DNA of 61,559 nt, the filler included, from Asterionella formosa (lineage: Eukaryota): the NCBI GenBank assembly GCA_002256025.1. It is 9 parts of 9 records of this genome, joined end to end, with 100 filler letters (N's around TTAATTAATTAA, not from the genome) between each part and the next. Parts side by side here need not be neighbours in the genome. Positions count along the whole stretch, not along the records: positions 1 to 6,760 come from NKIB01012615.1; positions 6,861 to 13,617 come from NKIB01012616.1; 7 more parts are not named here. One strand, given 5' to 3'. Below the pieces are notes generated by a model that did not search any database, was not told the DNA's origin, and was given only the letters and a program-made list of their open reading frames with translations. Positions 1 through 11,183 of this stretch are shown piece by piece; within the stretch, counting starts at the first letter, position 1; the number at the start of each line of letters is the position of its first letter. The position numbers and the translations under genes are program-made.

Positions 1-160
1 TTTATATTAAATTATCAACGATCGTGGAGAGCCCATCATCCGCCAATTCTTACATTCCTCCATATGTACCGCACCCTTCACATTAGCATCTCCCCTCGCT
101 TTGACGGAGGTATAAAGTTACATTGATTCATCTTAGAGCGAGGAGAGAAAGCCATCCACG

Positions 161-1969
161 ATGGCTTCCACGGTTGCACCCGGCGTGACACCCATGCTCC
201 CAAAAGAGGCGCTCACTGTTGACATGGTGCACTATGACTTTGAAGATTATGCGCTGGAATACGGTATTCCCGAGACACTTGATCCTCTCCCGTACCGAAA
301 GGCTGGGTCAGTGTTTGCAACAGGAGAAGAGGCTGAACCAGTCCTGACATCCGCAAAGCACGATCCTCGCCTCAGAACTGTTGTTTGTCGCCATTGGCTT
401 CGCGATCTTTGCATGAAGGGCGCTGCTTGCGAGTTTCTTCATCAGTACGATTTGTCTAAAATGCCGCTTTGCCGTCATGGAGATCGATGCAAGATTAAGG
501 ATTGTCCTTTTCGGCACATTAGTGATGCAGATAGATTGGAATGCGTGTTTTACTCACAAGGCTTCTGCATTCACGGGCCCTTTTGCCGGTACAAGCATGT
601 GCGGCGAGACAGAATCGATCTACCAGCAGTGGCTGACTTCACCCTAGGACTAAGTCAAATGCAAGCCAAGGATGGTGTGACTACGAAACGACCTGCGCCC
701 AAGCCAAATGAATTCTACAAAGTCAGTCTCTGTAAACATTTTATGCAAGGGGACTGTCCCTTTGGCGACGGCTGTCACTTTGCTCACGGCGAGCACGAAC
801 TTAAGAAATTTCCGAGAGCAGAAGAAGGAGAAGGTGGAGTTGTAGGAGGTCGGGATGGTATGGACGAACCGGAAACGACAGGAGGAGCCGATTACTTTCA
901 AGGTGGCGCTGCAGGTGGTGGCAAACCAAGTCCAATTCTAGAGCCCGAGCAAGCGTCGTTTTTTATCGTACGTGCCGCGACACAGAGAGATCTTGCCTTG
1001 TCATCGAGTAACGGACAGTGGTTTGTCGAAAGAAAACATGCGGAAAAACTTAACGACGCATATAGGAATGGTCGCCGACAAGTAATGATATTCTTCACAG
1101 TGAGCGACTCACTTCATTTACAAGGAGCTGCCATCATGACGTCTTCAGCAACTTTTGTTGAAAATGAATCCGATTTCTGCTATTTATTTTCTGTGGAATG
1201 GTATCGGACGTGTGAGCTACCAATGAAAACTGCTATCGAGGCTGCTCCAGACCTCCTACTTCCAACTCGAACCACTCAGTATTGCCAAGATATGTCGTCC
1301 ACAACTGGCGAATCTCTCATGAAAGCAATTTGGAACTCGCCGCTTGTTACTCTCTACGAATCATGGTCAGGCGAGCAGGATCCCCCAGCCGATATATTGA
1401 CAGACTTTCGTTTTCCAGCCCCCGATGAGATATCTTGGCCGACCATGCCTGGACCTGGCTTTGTTTTTGGATGTAGTCAAGAAACAATGGATGAATGCCT
1501 TGGAAGAGGCGTATTCGGACTTCCAGCTAGCATGAAAGCTGCGGCAGCGATAATTCAACCGGGCTGTACTATTTTCTTGTTCAATGTGACAGATCGACTA
1601 TTCTTTGGGGTTTTCGAAGCGTTGACAGCAGCTGCTATGAATTTAGAACCAACTGCTTTCTCCAAGAACCCCAACGCAACCAGTTCACCGTTTCCTATCC
1701 AAATCAGAGTGCGGGTAAGCCTTGAATGCCCTCCATTGGAAGACAATGATCCAATTCTGAATGACATCTTGCGTAGTAGAGGGGGAGGTCGGATTGGAGC
1801 ATTGACGCATGCACAAACAGAAGCAGTAGCAAGTTTGCTTGCTAGCCAATGTGGCGCATTGCAGTACATGATCGAATACAAAGAAGGTCTTCGTCGAGGT
1901 GACGTGGTTGTGGCGCCTCCAATTGCATTACCACCACGAAAGATTGAACGCAATAGTTCAAGGCAATGA
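161..1969 (+). CDS. CPSF30: CPSF30/CPSF4-like protein: 3 CCCH fingers + 4th TTP-like CCCH finger + degenerate YTH domain + C-terminal DCD domain
   Basis: Plant-type CPSF30 fingers (CRHWLRDLCMKGAACEFLHQYDLSKMPLC...CVFYSQGFCIHGPFCRYKH). Extra finger YKVSLCKHFMQGDCPFGDGCHFAHG. YTH-like FFIVR...NGQW...KLNDAY...VMIFFTV...LQGAAIMTS...FSVEW. DCD-like GFVFGCSQETMDECLGRGVFGLP...IQPGCTIFLFN...FGVFEA...FPIQIRV. Intronless 602-aa ORF. Confidence 0.9.
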   Translation: MASTVAPGVTPMLPKEALTVDMVHYDFEDYALEYGIPETLDPLPYRKAGSVFATGEEAEPVLTSAKHDPRLRTVVCRHWLRDLCMKGAACEFLHQYDLSKMPLCRHGDRCKIKDCPFRHISDADRLECVFYSQGFCIHGPFCRYKHVRRDRIDLPAVADFTLGLSQMQAKDGVTTKRPAPKPNEFYKVSLCKHFMQGDCPFGDGCHFAHGEHELKKFPRAEEGEGGVVGGRDGMDEPETTGGADYFQGGAAGGGKPSPILEPEQASFFIVRAATQRDLALSSSNGQWFVERKHAEKLNDAYRNGRRQVMIFFTVSDSLHLQGAAIMTSSATFVENESDFCYLFSVEWYRTCELPMKTAIEAAPDLLLPTRTTQYCQDMSSTTGESLMKAIWNSPLVTLYESWSGEQDPPADILTDFRFPAPDEISWPTMPGPGFVFGCSQETMDECLGRGVFGLPASMKAAAAIIQPGCTIFLFNVTDRLFFGVFEALTAAAMNLEPTAFSKNPNATSSPFPIQIRVRVSLECPPLEDNDPILNDILRSRGGGRIGALTHAQTEAVASLLASQCGALQYMIEYKEGLRRGDVVVAPPIALPPRKIERNSSRQ

Positions 1970-2419
1970 AAGAAACTTTTAGAAATTCGTTTTCAACCCA
2001 ATGTGCTGATCTTTGAGTGTGAACCAACGCAGGTGAAAACAGCTTCAAACTAGCACAGCGTAAAATTCACGTTTTACCTTTCATTCTGTATTTTTTCAAT
2101 GTCGAAACCCCACCCTGCACACATCTTTCCTTCTGGATTGTGCAAAAGTTATTACTTTGCTGCTGCTGCCATACCGGTTGAACAATGTGGCTAGATGTTC
2201 ATGGGGTCACACCACCACGAATAAAACCATGTGACCGGATTTAATTGATTCCGGTCGTATTTTAAAAATGACACATGTTGTATGGCCCATTCATACTTGC
2301 CTGTTGCTAAGGACATTGGGGATATGTAGCTACAATTGACAAAAGAAATTGTGACTACCAAATTAGTCCAGGCTTTACTATATTGATAATATAGCCTGAG
2401 CTGGTAGATGAAGTAACCA

Positions 2420-2870
2420 TACGGTAAAAAGCAGACTACGACCATGAACGGGTTTGGCGTTAGTGCCACCTTGATAGGAGGACATTGTCAGCCTAGGCAC
2501 AACGCAATGTAGCCCACAAATTCCTGGTGCCTACATCATCTATCAAGAGTCAGGATTTTATTGTTCAAAGTGAATCGAATGTAGGTCAAAGCGAGAACAT
2601 GTCTGGATTTTCAAGTTTCAACAGTTTTGTGGTAATTTTTCCGCCATTTGATGGAATGCATAAGGCAAATCATATCTGGTCTTAACAATTTCATGGGGAT
2701 GACTCTGTAGTTAATAGACAAGTGATTGTATAGCATCTATTGTTAGATGCCTTAAGCAAAGTGTTTTGCTCCTCTAGAAAAAGGCCCGTTTATTGATACA
2801 AATATGAAAGTTGTGTTGCAGTCTTCTGTTACACCCCGCTGACGAAGTTTCTCGAAAAGACTTCCTCGCC
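2420..2870 (-). pseudogene. Possible highly decayed sulfatase fragment
   Basis: Colinear remnants across frames resemble sulfatase C-terminal motifs: GSLFEKLRQRGV..NTTFIFVSINGP..RGAK, then NLWATL, then PVHGRSLL. Many stops. Confidence 0.3.
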
Positions 2871-4392
2871 GTTCTTGAACCGGCTGTTTTTGGTTTCGAC
2901 CGAACCGGCAGAGCATGGTAGAAACATAGGGGCAAAAGAGCTGCTTAGGTTTGGTGCCTAACGATACTGGGGCATGAGTTGATTTGGATGACAAGTCGTT
3001 ACTGGAAGGCTGATAACACAATGATTTAGATTTTGCAGCGACGCAGCATTTGCATGAATCATGGAGCTTAGTAGAGATAGCAGTCATGCTTAATAAGTTG
3101 AGATGTAGGACGAGCAGTTTACGATCTAACAATGCAATGTAGAGTATCTTGTGTACTCGTCAATCGGGAAGAATAAAGTGATAGACTTTACACAGAATCA
3201 TTTACCGGCATATCAAAGGAAAAATGTATGTAGAAACCTGAAACTCATTTTGTAACAAAATTATTTCGGGAAGTTGTCCTAGAGTCTACACCGTCACTAC
3301 CGGTACATACCTACCCGTGTTCTTCATCATGATACCCTGGTACTGGTAAATATCCAGTAAACGTGTTTTCAAAAACCGTGATTGTCAGTGTTGGTCATTG
3401 CAATTGAAATGACGCACTTTGTTTGCAATACGTAGAGGACCAAGCGTCATTCACTAATGTGAACCGTGACATAATGATATCTACCTATGGATATATCACT
3501 GCAGACAAGCATGCTCCGACTTAAACAATGACAATGCACTGCTGTAAATCACAAACAAACCAATTTTGAGCATTTCAGAAATGGGCACATCATGGCTGGA
3601 TCACCTCTACATGTATAATTGACTCTATCATTACTCTAGTATGTCACGTACTTGAAACATGTAGGACATCAGGAACAAACTGAACATGGCGATGTGTTTG
3701 CAAGCATCAAGAGCAATCACTGTAATCCCAGCTATTGTATACACATCTCAATAAAGCAATGATTGCTCATCAAAGCAATCAACCAACATCCATGCTGCAA
3801 AGTCAATCTCTGATATGCTTGCTAGCTCTTCAGCAAAATTGTAAGTGAACTTAGCTATTAAATATTCATGAATCTTTTCATCTACCTTCTATCATTTGGT
3901 TGAGGTTGAAATGGAATGATAGTGCATCATACTTTACATATTATGTGTATCCTATGATTGTAACTTTTTAACCGTATTTTTTGTTGCCTGCTCGCCCTTG
4001 CAACGTATTATCAGTTCTTTCTGTATTAGGTCTGGTTGGGTGTGGTCCGCCCAAGGTAGAAGTCATTCTCGTGTGTACATTTTCTAGCGACCATTTTTTG
4101 GGTGTCAGTTTGACGTAAAGTTCAGGGTGTGAAGACGTGCTGGTACCAGGTACCCGTATGAAAAGACGATATCATAGCTGGAGCAGGAATTGCTATGTAC
4201 AGTATCCATCGTCCGACTCAATTTTCTTTTATATCGCTCTATTCATACATTAATATTAATACATCATCAGGCAGGGTACCGGTATGGTTTACCAGGTAGA
4301 CTACCGGTACTGTATATCCGTGTTCTAGAAAGCAACATAATTATATTTCTATAAAGCTTCCAAATCACAATCACTGAGTGCCGGTATTAATA

Positions 4393-6051
4393 ATGATAAT
4401 GATGCATGCTTTCCCCCGGTTCCTGAACTCCTTCAGTCGCCTTGTCTTTCAAGATGATTTTCGCTTGGACGTGACTGCAGCACCTGGACTGATCACGATT
4501 CTTGATCAAGCGTTATATCGAAGCGTTGAAGGCGAGTTGACAGCCACCATATGTGCGTCGCACGCACTTTTGGCTTGTTGGTTAGACCTCAAGCATCAGG
4601 CCCAAGCTACTTTGGTGTTCAGTCTGCCACCCAAGCTGGAAAGTTTAGCGCGGATGTGTCTGGATGCCAGCTGTGACGCCATTGAAAAGCTTAGTACAGA
4701 TAAATTGGCACAGTCCGCCAATCTCAGTGATGCTTACGAAACAACTGGCTCGTTTAGCAGCACCGGTATCTTGTCTGGGCAAATAAGCATTATTGACTCT
4801 CTGGGAGATACAGGACGCCGCCTACCCAAGCTGCAACGATCCAGAGATTGCTGGGAGACATCCCGTCTGATTTGCCCGGACCATGTCTGGGCTGACGATG
4901 CATATTTGACGTGTCAACGGCTGCTTCGGCATCTTTCCAAATGCCCCATTCCAACTAACATTGCCGGGGAGTATTGGTCACACGATATCAAACTATTACA
5001 GTCTCTTGTGCAGCAAGATATTCCCGTTAGACTTCATCAGTTCCGAGCGGCGATTGAAACTAATTCATCCATCACGAAGCGATTGTACCTTGTCAAGTGT
5101 GAATACCGAGCACCATTTCGAGCCTTTCTCGAAGCTCACCAAACAGTTCAACGTGCACCATCCTTAAAACTCGTCGAGTCTTACATTTCGGGTGAAGAAA
5201 CGAAAGACGATACTTCTCTCCAGTCGCTCTTGGACACCCCAGAACTCATTGAAGCCTTGTCTCTAGAGGAGCACCTAGAAGGCCTTGAGACTAACATGGC
5301 GCAGGCTTTATACGGATTTACCGAGTTAGCGCGATTCCTGGATCACAAACGAGCAAGGATCAAGGCTGTCAGTCAAATTTTGGAGGAGGATAAAGTCAAG
5401 GACGTGCAAAATTTGGTTAGACACCTAAAAGTATGCAACTGTCGAAAATCGGGACCAGAAACGTCGACTGGTATCCGACCATTACTTCTTGACCTTCAAG
5501 GGGTTCGGCGAGACGAAGACGTAACGAAGGACACGAGAACAAATGAGGAGAGAATCAAGATATTTTTGGATCAGCTCAACACTCTCAATCAACTCTGTCA
5601 AACTCGAAATGCCTTCTTGCTTGAAAAGAGAGGTGATCTTGATTTGCCTCCGTCAATCACAAAAGAATGTACCAAGTTTGATGCTGAGTTATGGCAGGCC
5701 TATTGTGATGATTGGTTTGAGCTTGTCGTAAGACAGCATGAAATCGCCAAGGATTTCTCAAATCTTCAAGACCTTATTCGCAAAGCTGAAATGTCAATAT
5801 CAATAAAAGCAGCCCCTAAGAAATCCTTGGAAGTTGTTCGACAACGGCTTGAATTGATTTCACAAGACCGTCAAAAACGATTCGACGTCTTGAAGGAAAT
5901 GGTCGAAGAAGTTTGCTGGCGTGAAATGAATCTATACATAAAAGTTATGGAGCCCGCAGAAGATAAAGTCTTGAAGTTGCCGAATACGAAAGTTCTTGGA
6001 TTATTGGGAGTGCACTTGCAAATGGCTGGGGAAACACTACCAATAGGCTAA
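4393..6051 (+). CDS. Hypothetical helical/coiled-coil protein (about 550 aa)
   Basis: Long uninterrupted ORF with coding-like composition. First in-frame ATG at 4393 (alternatives 4399, 4402). No family recognised. Confidence 0.75.
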   Translation: MIMMHAFPRFLNSFSRLVFQDDFRLDVTAAPGLITILDQALYRSVEGELTATICASHALLACWLDLKHQAQATLVFSLPPKLESLARMCLDASCDAIEKLSTDKLAQSANLSDAYETTGSFSSTGILSGQISIIDSLGDTGRRLPKLQRSRDCWETSRLICPDHVWADDAYLTCQRLLRHLSKCPIPTNIAGEYWSHDIKLLQSLVQQDIPVRLHQFRAAIETNSSITKRLYLVKCEYRAPFRAFLEAHQTVQRAPSLKLVESYISGEETKDDTSLQSLLDTPELIEALSLEEHLEGLETNMAQALYGFTELARFLDHKRARIKAVSQILEEDKVKDVQNLVRHLKVCNCRKSGPETSTGIRPLLLDLQGVRRDEDVTKDTRTNEERIKIFLDQLNTLNQLCQTRNAFLLEKRGDLDLPPSITKECTKFDAELWQAYCDDWFELVVRQHEIAKDFSNLQDLIRKAEMSISIKAAPKKSLEVVRQRLELISQDRQKRFDVLKEMVEEVCWREMNLYIKVMEPAEDKVLKLPNTKVLGLLGVHLQMAGETLPIG

Positions 6052-6129
6052 GTGGAAAAATTTATGACTGGGACCCCTTCCTTATTTTATCTCTACTGTA
6101 TTCATAATTGATTACAACACACAGCTTGG

Positions 6130-6760
6130 TTACTTCTTTTGAATGAGTAAATTTCGGCACTTGCAAGACACACCATCAAATAGCAACGCGTTATTGGCGG
6201 GTTCGCCTTTACCAGAAATGACCTTGATGACTTCATTTCCAATTAACCCTCCCAAGACAGCACACACAGGTGATACCTCCGCCCTTGCTAGAGCAGCCCA
6301 CTTTCTCAGCGTTTCCTCTTGAAAGCATTCTAGGTCCTTAAGTGCAATCGCTTCGTGTTTTACCCATGCTTGCACTACGTGTACAAAGTCGTCAGCATTA
6401 CCTTTCGACGGCCATTCATTCGTTTGATGTTGATATTCCAGCAGCGATCGATACTGTAACCATGTCACCGGCGGAGTTGGGTCCACTCGCTTCATGGTAA
6501 CATCAGCTACAGGGACCTTCCAAATTTCGGGAATTGGAATGTAAGCTGGCAAGATTTTGACGATTGCCAACTCCTTGCCGCCTTTTATTTCGTCGCGATA
6601 TTCGTGTTTGTCTCCCAAGTCCAATACAGCCGCTCCACACCATCCAAAACAATCAACAAGATAAAACTTTCCCCCCTGGCTCGTCGCTGCCTGGCTGATG
6701 CGAGATGCTTCGTTTATACCAATCTGACTAGCAACGACAACGTCAAACTCGGCAATTGTC
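6130..6760 (-). CDS. SAE1: SUMO-activating enzyme subunit 1 (Aos1/SAE1), C-terminal part, 5' truncated by contig end
   Basis: Frame is open to the gap (EFDVVVAS...KFYLVDCFGWCGAAVLDLG.HEY). E1/SAE1 C-terminal motif EVSPVCAVLGGLIGNEVIKVISGKGEPANNALLFDG. Confidence 0.85.
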
Positions 6761-6860
6761 NNNNNNNNNNNNNNNNNNNNNNNNNNNNNNNNNNNNNNNN
6801 NNNNTTAATTAATTAANNNNNNNNNNNNNNNNNNNNNNNNNNNNNNNNNNNNNNNNNNNN
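6761..6860. other. Artificial contig linker
   Basis: N44-TTAATTAATTAA-N44, giving stops in all six frames. Confidence 0.99.
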
Positions 6861-7643
6861 TAAGTTCAACGTTTGTTGGTGGTGGTAAGTGCGAATTAGC
6901 GGCCGACCAACGTTATACTCTTCGGAACGGTGGTTGTCTGCTTCTGAGAGCTCAACGTAGTCACGAGAACGCTGACTACCACCGGAGCGGCGCGACCAAG
7001 ATTGTTGAGAAGCATTACATTGCGAGCCACTGTACTGAGACCCACTGTAGCGCGATCTGGGGATAGAAAAACTATCTCGTACGGGAGGAGTGCGCGACCT
7101 CGTCTCAACCCTAGAACTTGTATACTCGGGGCGACGATATGCACCGTTAGCCATCAAAAAGCGGATTAAATCATCACTGTTTGATCCGCGGGACTCTCTT
7201 GATCCTTGGCTTTGAATGTCAATAGAGTTGGCATGTTCCTTATTCTCGAAGCGACAAACGATTTCGGTCTGGTTGCATTCTTCCTGTTCCATAAAGGCGC
7301 TCGAAAGTTCAGGATGGGGCAGTCCTTGAGACTGTTTTAGGAGAGTAGGCTTTGGTGCTTGCTTGAGCTTGCTGGAAGGAAGTGGCTCCATTGTGTCCAC
7401 CTTGTTCGACTTCTTTTTTTTCAATTTGATTGATGTAACAGCTTCGAGAGGGTTCGAGCCTTGTGACTGTTCAACCCTCGCATCATCATGGTGACTGGAA
7501 CTTAGTGAGTGCATAGCGTGCGTGAGCGATGTTCCATCAGAGAGGAAATCATCCATTTTACGTCTCGTGGTTGATTGGGAGTGGTCGTACCACTTCGGTT
7601 CCACTCTTGGGGACAACCATCCATCGCAGGTAGATGGATCCAT
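6861..7643 (-). CDS. Ser/Arg-rich low-complexity N-terminus of an unknown protein, 3' truncated
   Basis: About 260 open codons from ATG 7643 to the gap, with coding-like GC. No domain recognised. Confidence 0.6.
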
Positions 7644-8520
7644 CTTTGGTCAGGTGACAAACAGGTTTCAGGTTGTGCACTAGATGACAAGGGAACAAAC
7701 CTTGGGCCTCTGTTGCGTTAGCTTGTTCGTGTACTTTCTGTCTGCGTGGTAGATCACAGCAGATGCAGATCTTTGAACCCGAAGATCCAAACTGACTTAT
7801 ATGAATATTCCCGGATTATCTCCTAGGGTCTGCTTTCGTGTTGTCAGGCTATTGGGAGGTGAAAAAATCGCCTCATTATTGTTGTGAAATGATCGTGGAA
7901 TGTGTTGGTAAGGCAGTTGTATTTTCGCCTGGCACACCTACAAGTAAAAGTACCAGGTAGCTAAGAACTGATACCGCGCCCCCATAGCCGTTACGCACTT
8001 GGAGCACAGGTTTTCCAAGTTATTTCTACGTGAAATGCCAGTACTTTAGTACATACAAAACAGTACACATACTTTTATATGTATGGCTGGGGAGGTGCTA
8101 AATCTCGCTAGCACTACGTACACCGGTACCGGTACGGTAGTTTGCTGCATTTTTCATGACACCATATGCAATCATTATGACGGACTCCTACCACCTGGTA
8201 CCAGGTACCAGAAATATGTTACCTGCTGATGCGACCAGGTGGCATGTACAAGGGAGTATTATGTCACCTTTTGTTTGTGGTTGCGTACTAAGTACGCACG
8301 ACATGAGTACCGGTATGTACATTCCAGAAATGGACCGCGGGGTTATGTATGAATACGGTAAACGAATCTGGTGTCAAGTATGTTTGGATGTAGCGTGGCT
8401 GATATCAGATTACAGATACTGGTACGTACTCCGCTCTATGTCGTAAACACATCATTTTGTGAAAAAGAACTGCGATGTGACATCTAGACTCTCAACTCGG
8501 CACCAGGTACCAGTAAAAAT

Positions 8521-8723
8521 CTGCATTGACCCAATGTTTTATCCGATTCGTTTGATTAACTCGACTAACACATATCTCGCACATCTCTCAAATTTGTTCG
8601 GAGGTTTCGATGTCATAAGGCGTCGGTACATTAGCATCCTGTTCCTAGTTAAATTGAACATCTGGTTCAGAAGATATCAACATTTATACAGACGTAAAAT
8701 TCAGTTTCAGTGGGTCAATGCAG
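8521..8723. repeat. 13-bp perfect inverted repeat bracketing 203 bp (possible MITE relic)
   Basis: CTGCATTGACCCA at 8521-8533 and TGGGTCAATGCAG at 8711-8723. No clear TSD. Confidence 0.4.
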
Positions 8724-10640
8724 TGTATAAAAATTTTAACATACCTGAAAATATTTTTATTTTCATGCGTGAACACGGATTATCCTGTTTGATTTTACCT
8801 AAAACCTTGTTTTGACATCAACACTTAAATATATTTTGGACTGACATGAACTCGATTATTTGCTTCTCTTGTTGTGCTTCTCATGTTTATTCCCTTCTTT
8901 GCTTGCAGGTACTGGTACTATCGCCTCAACACTCCATCTGCAAATAAAAAGTATCATGCATATAGGATCAAGGGTATCGTACGCTAAGTGGCACAGGATT
9001 TTCGTATATATGATAATTTTTGGATCAAAAATATGATCAAGGTATCTTGTAACTATGATGATTTATTAATACTTTACTGACCTTGAAGTATAATGATAAT
9101 AAGAAAATTATCATTACACAATGTATATAAACTGATCAACATCATTTCCCATCAATATCATAAACCTTCTCATATAATTTTCACTTCTCGTGATCGCCCG
9201 ATGTAAATTATAACTACAACTTATCCTAAAACCAGCTCAACTCTATGCTATCATGTGAATTGTTGCATCGCAAATCTATCGTAAACATGATCATAATTCT
9301 ATTCACAAGCATTGTTCAAAATGGATCGTAATTTAACTATCAAATTATCTATTTACATGCCAGCGACCCAACGTTTCTCTCTCTGCTTGGCTCAATGTAT
9401 ATTGTTCCTGTCCCACCCTTTTCTTCCTCTTTTCTGAATCTTGTGCCAAGCAATGCCTTACTAATGTTGCGTCTCTCTCCCTGCTATTAGTGTCATTCTG
9501 AACTCGCCGACTATTCCGTTGTTTGATCGGTTTTATTGTCCTATGCAAATACAAAAACAATGAGAAGGAATGACTTGTTAGCTGGACATGTTACACTGAC
9601 ACAACATCACGCCATTCCATTGTATCCTCTCGCTTGCTTCACTTACCACAGCCAAATCAAAGCAAATGATGCATAAGTCTGTAATAGTAACTTGTCAGTA
9701 AATTCTTGAAAAGGTAAGTTTCGGGTATCCAATGTTGTCAAATAAAACTTACCGGTTCATTTTTGTCATCTTAACTTTGAGAGAAGGTAAACGTTTTGTT
9801 AGTTTTGTTCCAACAGAAGTGAATAGGTCCAACGAGCGACAAGAACACTTTCGTAATTTGTTTTTGTTTTACATTGGTGCTCCCCAACAAGCGAAACGAG
9901 CAGTTGAATCAACTGAGAAAAAAGGAAATGTGGCTGCGTTTAGTTAACAATTTGTTGTTGTCCTGCCTCCCAACGATTGTCATCCAAGTACCACATTGAT
10001 GGCTTCATTACAAGGGGTACCTTAAACATTCTCCATCCTTCGAATGCGCAATGTGTCGAAGTCACAATGTTTTTCGTTATGTATTGCGTAAACTTTCTTT
10101 TCTAGTCATCTGCTTTACTACGACCTATCTTTTCATGAAGCAGCAGGCATTGTTTGTTAACATGACAGAACGATTTCAAAATTATATGCCATGTATATAG
10201 TAATAAAATTTTTAAATATATATATGTAGTGTTATACATTTATAAAATTCAAAGGCGCTCTCGATATGGAACATCTGATATGGTTGAGATGATCATGCTC
10301 GCATATACATAATTCGAAAATACTCAATGCACTATATGTCCATTGTTTTCCACGACTACGTGTACCGGTATTATTTCTGAAATTTGTTTGCATCGATATT
10401 TTCTACATCCCTTGAAACTAATTATTTAGACCATTCAATTGGTGTAAGTCATAACCGCCAGGGTTTTGGTAGCAAATTGTTTAAGCCCCTTTTTTGGGTG
10501 GGAGCTCTTGATGTGTGTACCGGTACATCATATGACAATAACAATATATCATATATATACAGAGTACCAATAACAGGTAGTAAGTGATATACTGGGGGTA
10601 GTCGGAGTAGTAAACTAGCAACAGAACACCATTTGTTATA

Positions 10641-10890
10641 ACTGCAGTGGGACAGTAAATCATCACAGTTTTAGGATTGTATGATCGTAAAACTAAAAAC
10701 CAATAGAACACCATATGTTTAGGACTGTTGCTACTGCAGTGGGACAGTAAATCATCATAATTTTAGGATTGTATGATCGTAAAACTAAAAACCAATAGAA
10801 CACTATATGTTCAGGACTGTTGCTACTGCAGTAGGACAGTAAATCATCATAGTTTTAGGATTGTATGATAGTAAAACTAAAAACCAATAG
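10641..10890. repeat. Tandem repeat, 92-bp unit, about 2.7 copies
   Basis: ACTGCAGTRGGACAGTAAATCATCA...AAACCAATAG units start at 10641, 10733 and 10825. Confidence 0.95.
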
Positions 10891-11183
10891 TCCGAGTAAT
10901 TTTAATCATACGGGGTAGGTATATGTGTTTATGTATGGTACTGGTATGGTACCTGCACTCTTTCTTAACTGGTCTATACCTGCTACAGTACCAGGTACAC
11001 AGAGTCCGGGAAGGTCTTGGTGCGGTCATTTGCTTCCGACGAAAAGATGCTCGCCTTTCACATGCATAGCTACCGGTATGTCCATCCATGCACAGTGATC
11101 TTGTACACCTGGTACTTTTACATGGGACTCCTCTATTTCGTACATTAATGTTTTTATTGAAACCGACACTCCCGGTATATAAC

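Noticed and set aside
10641..10890. CRISPR-like array
   Set aside because: Whole 92-bp units repeat with no unique spacers, there are no cas genes, and the context is eukaryotic.
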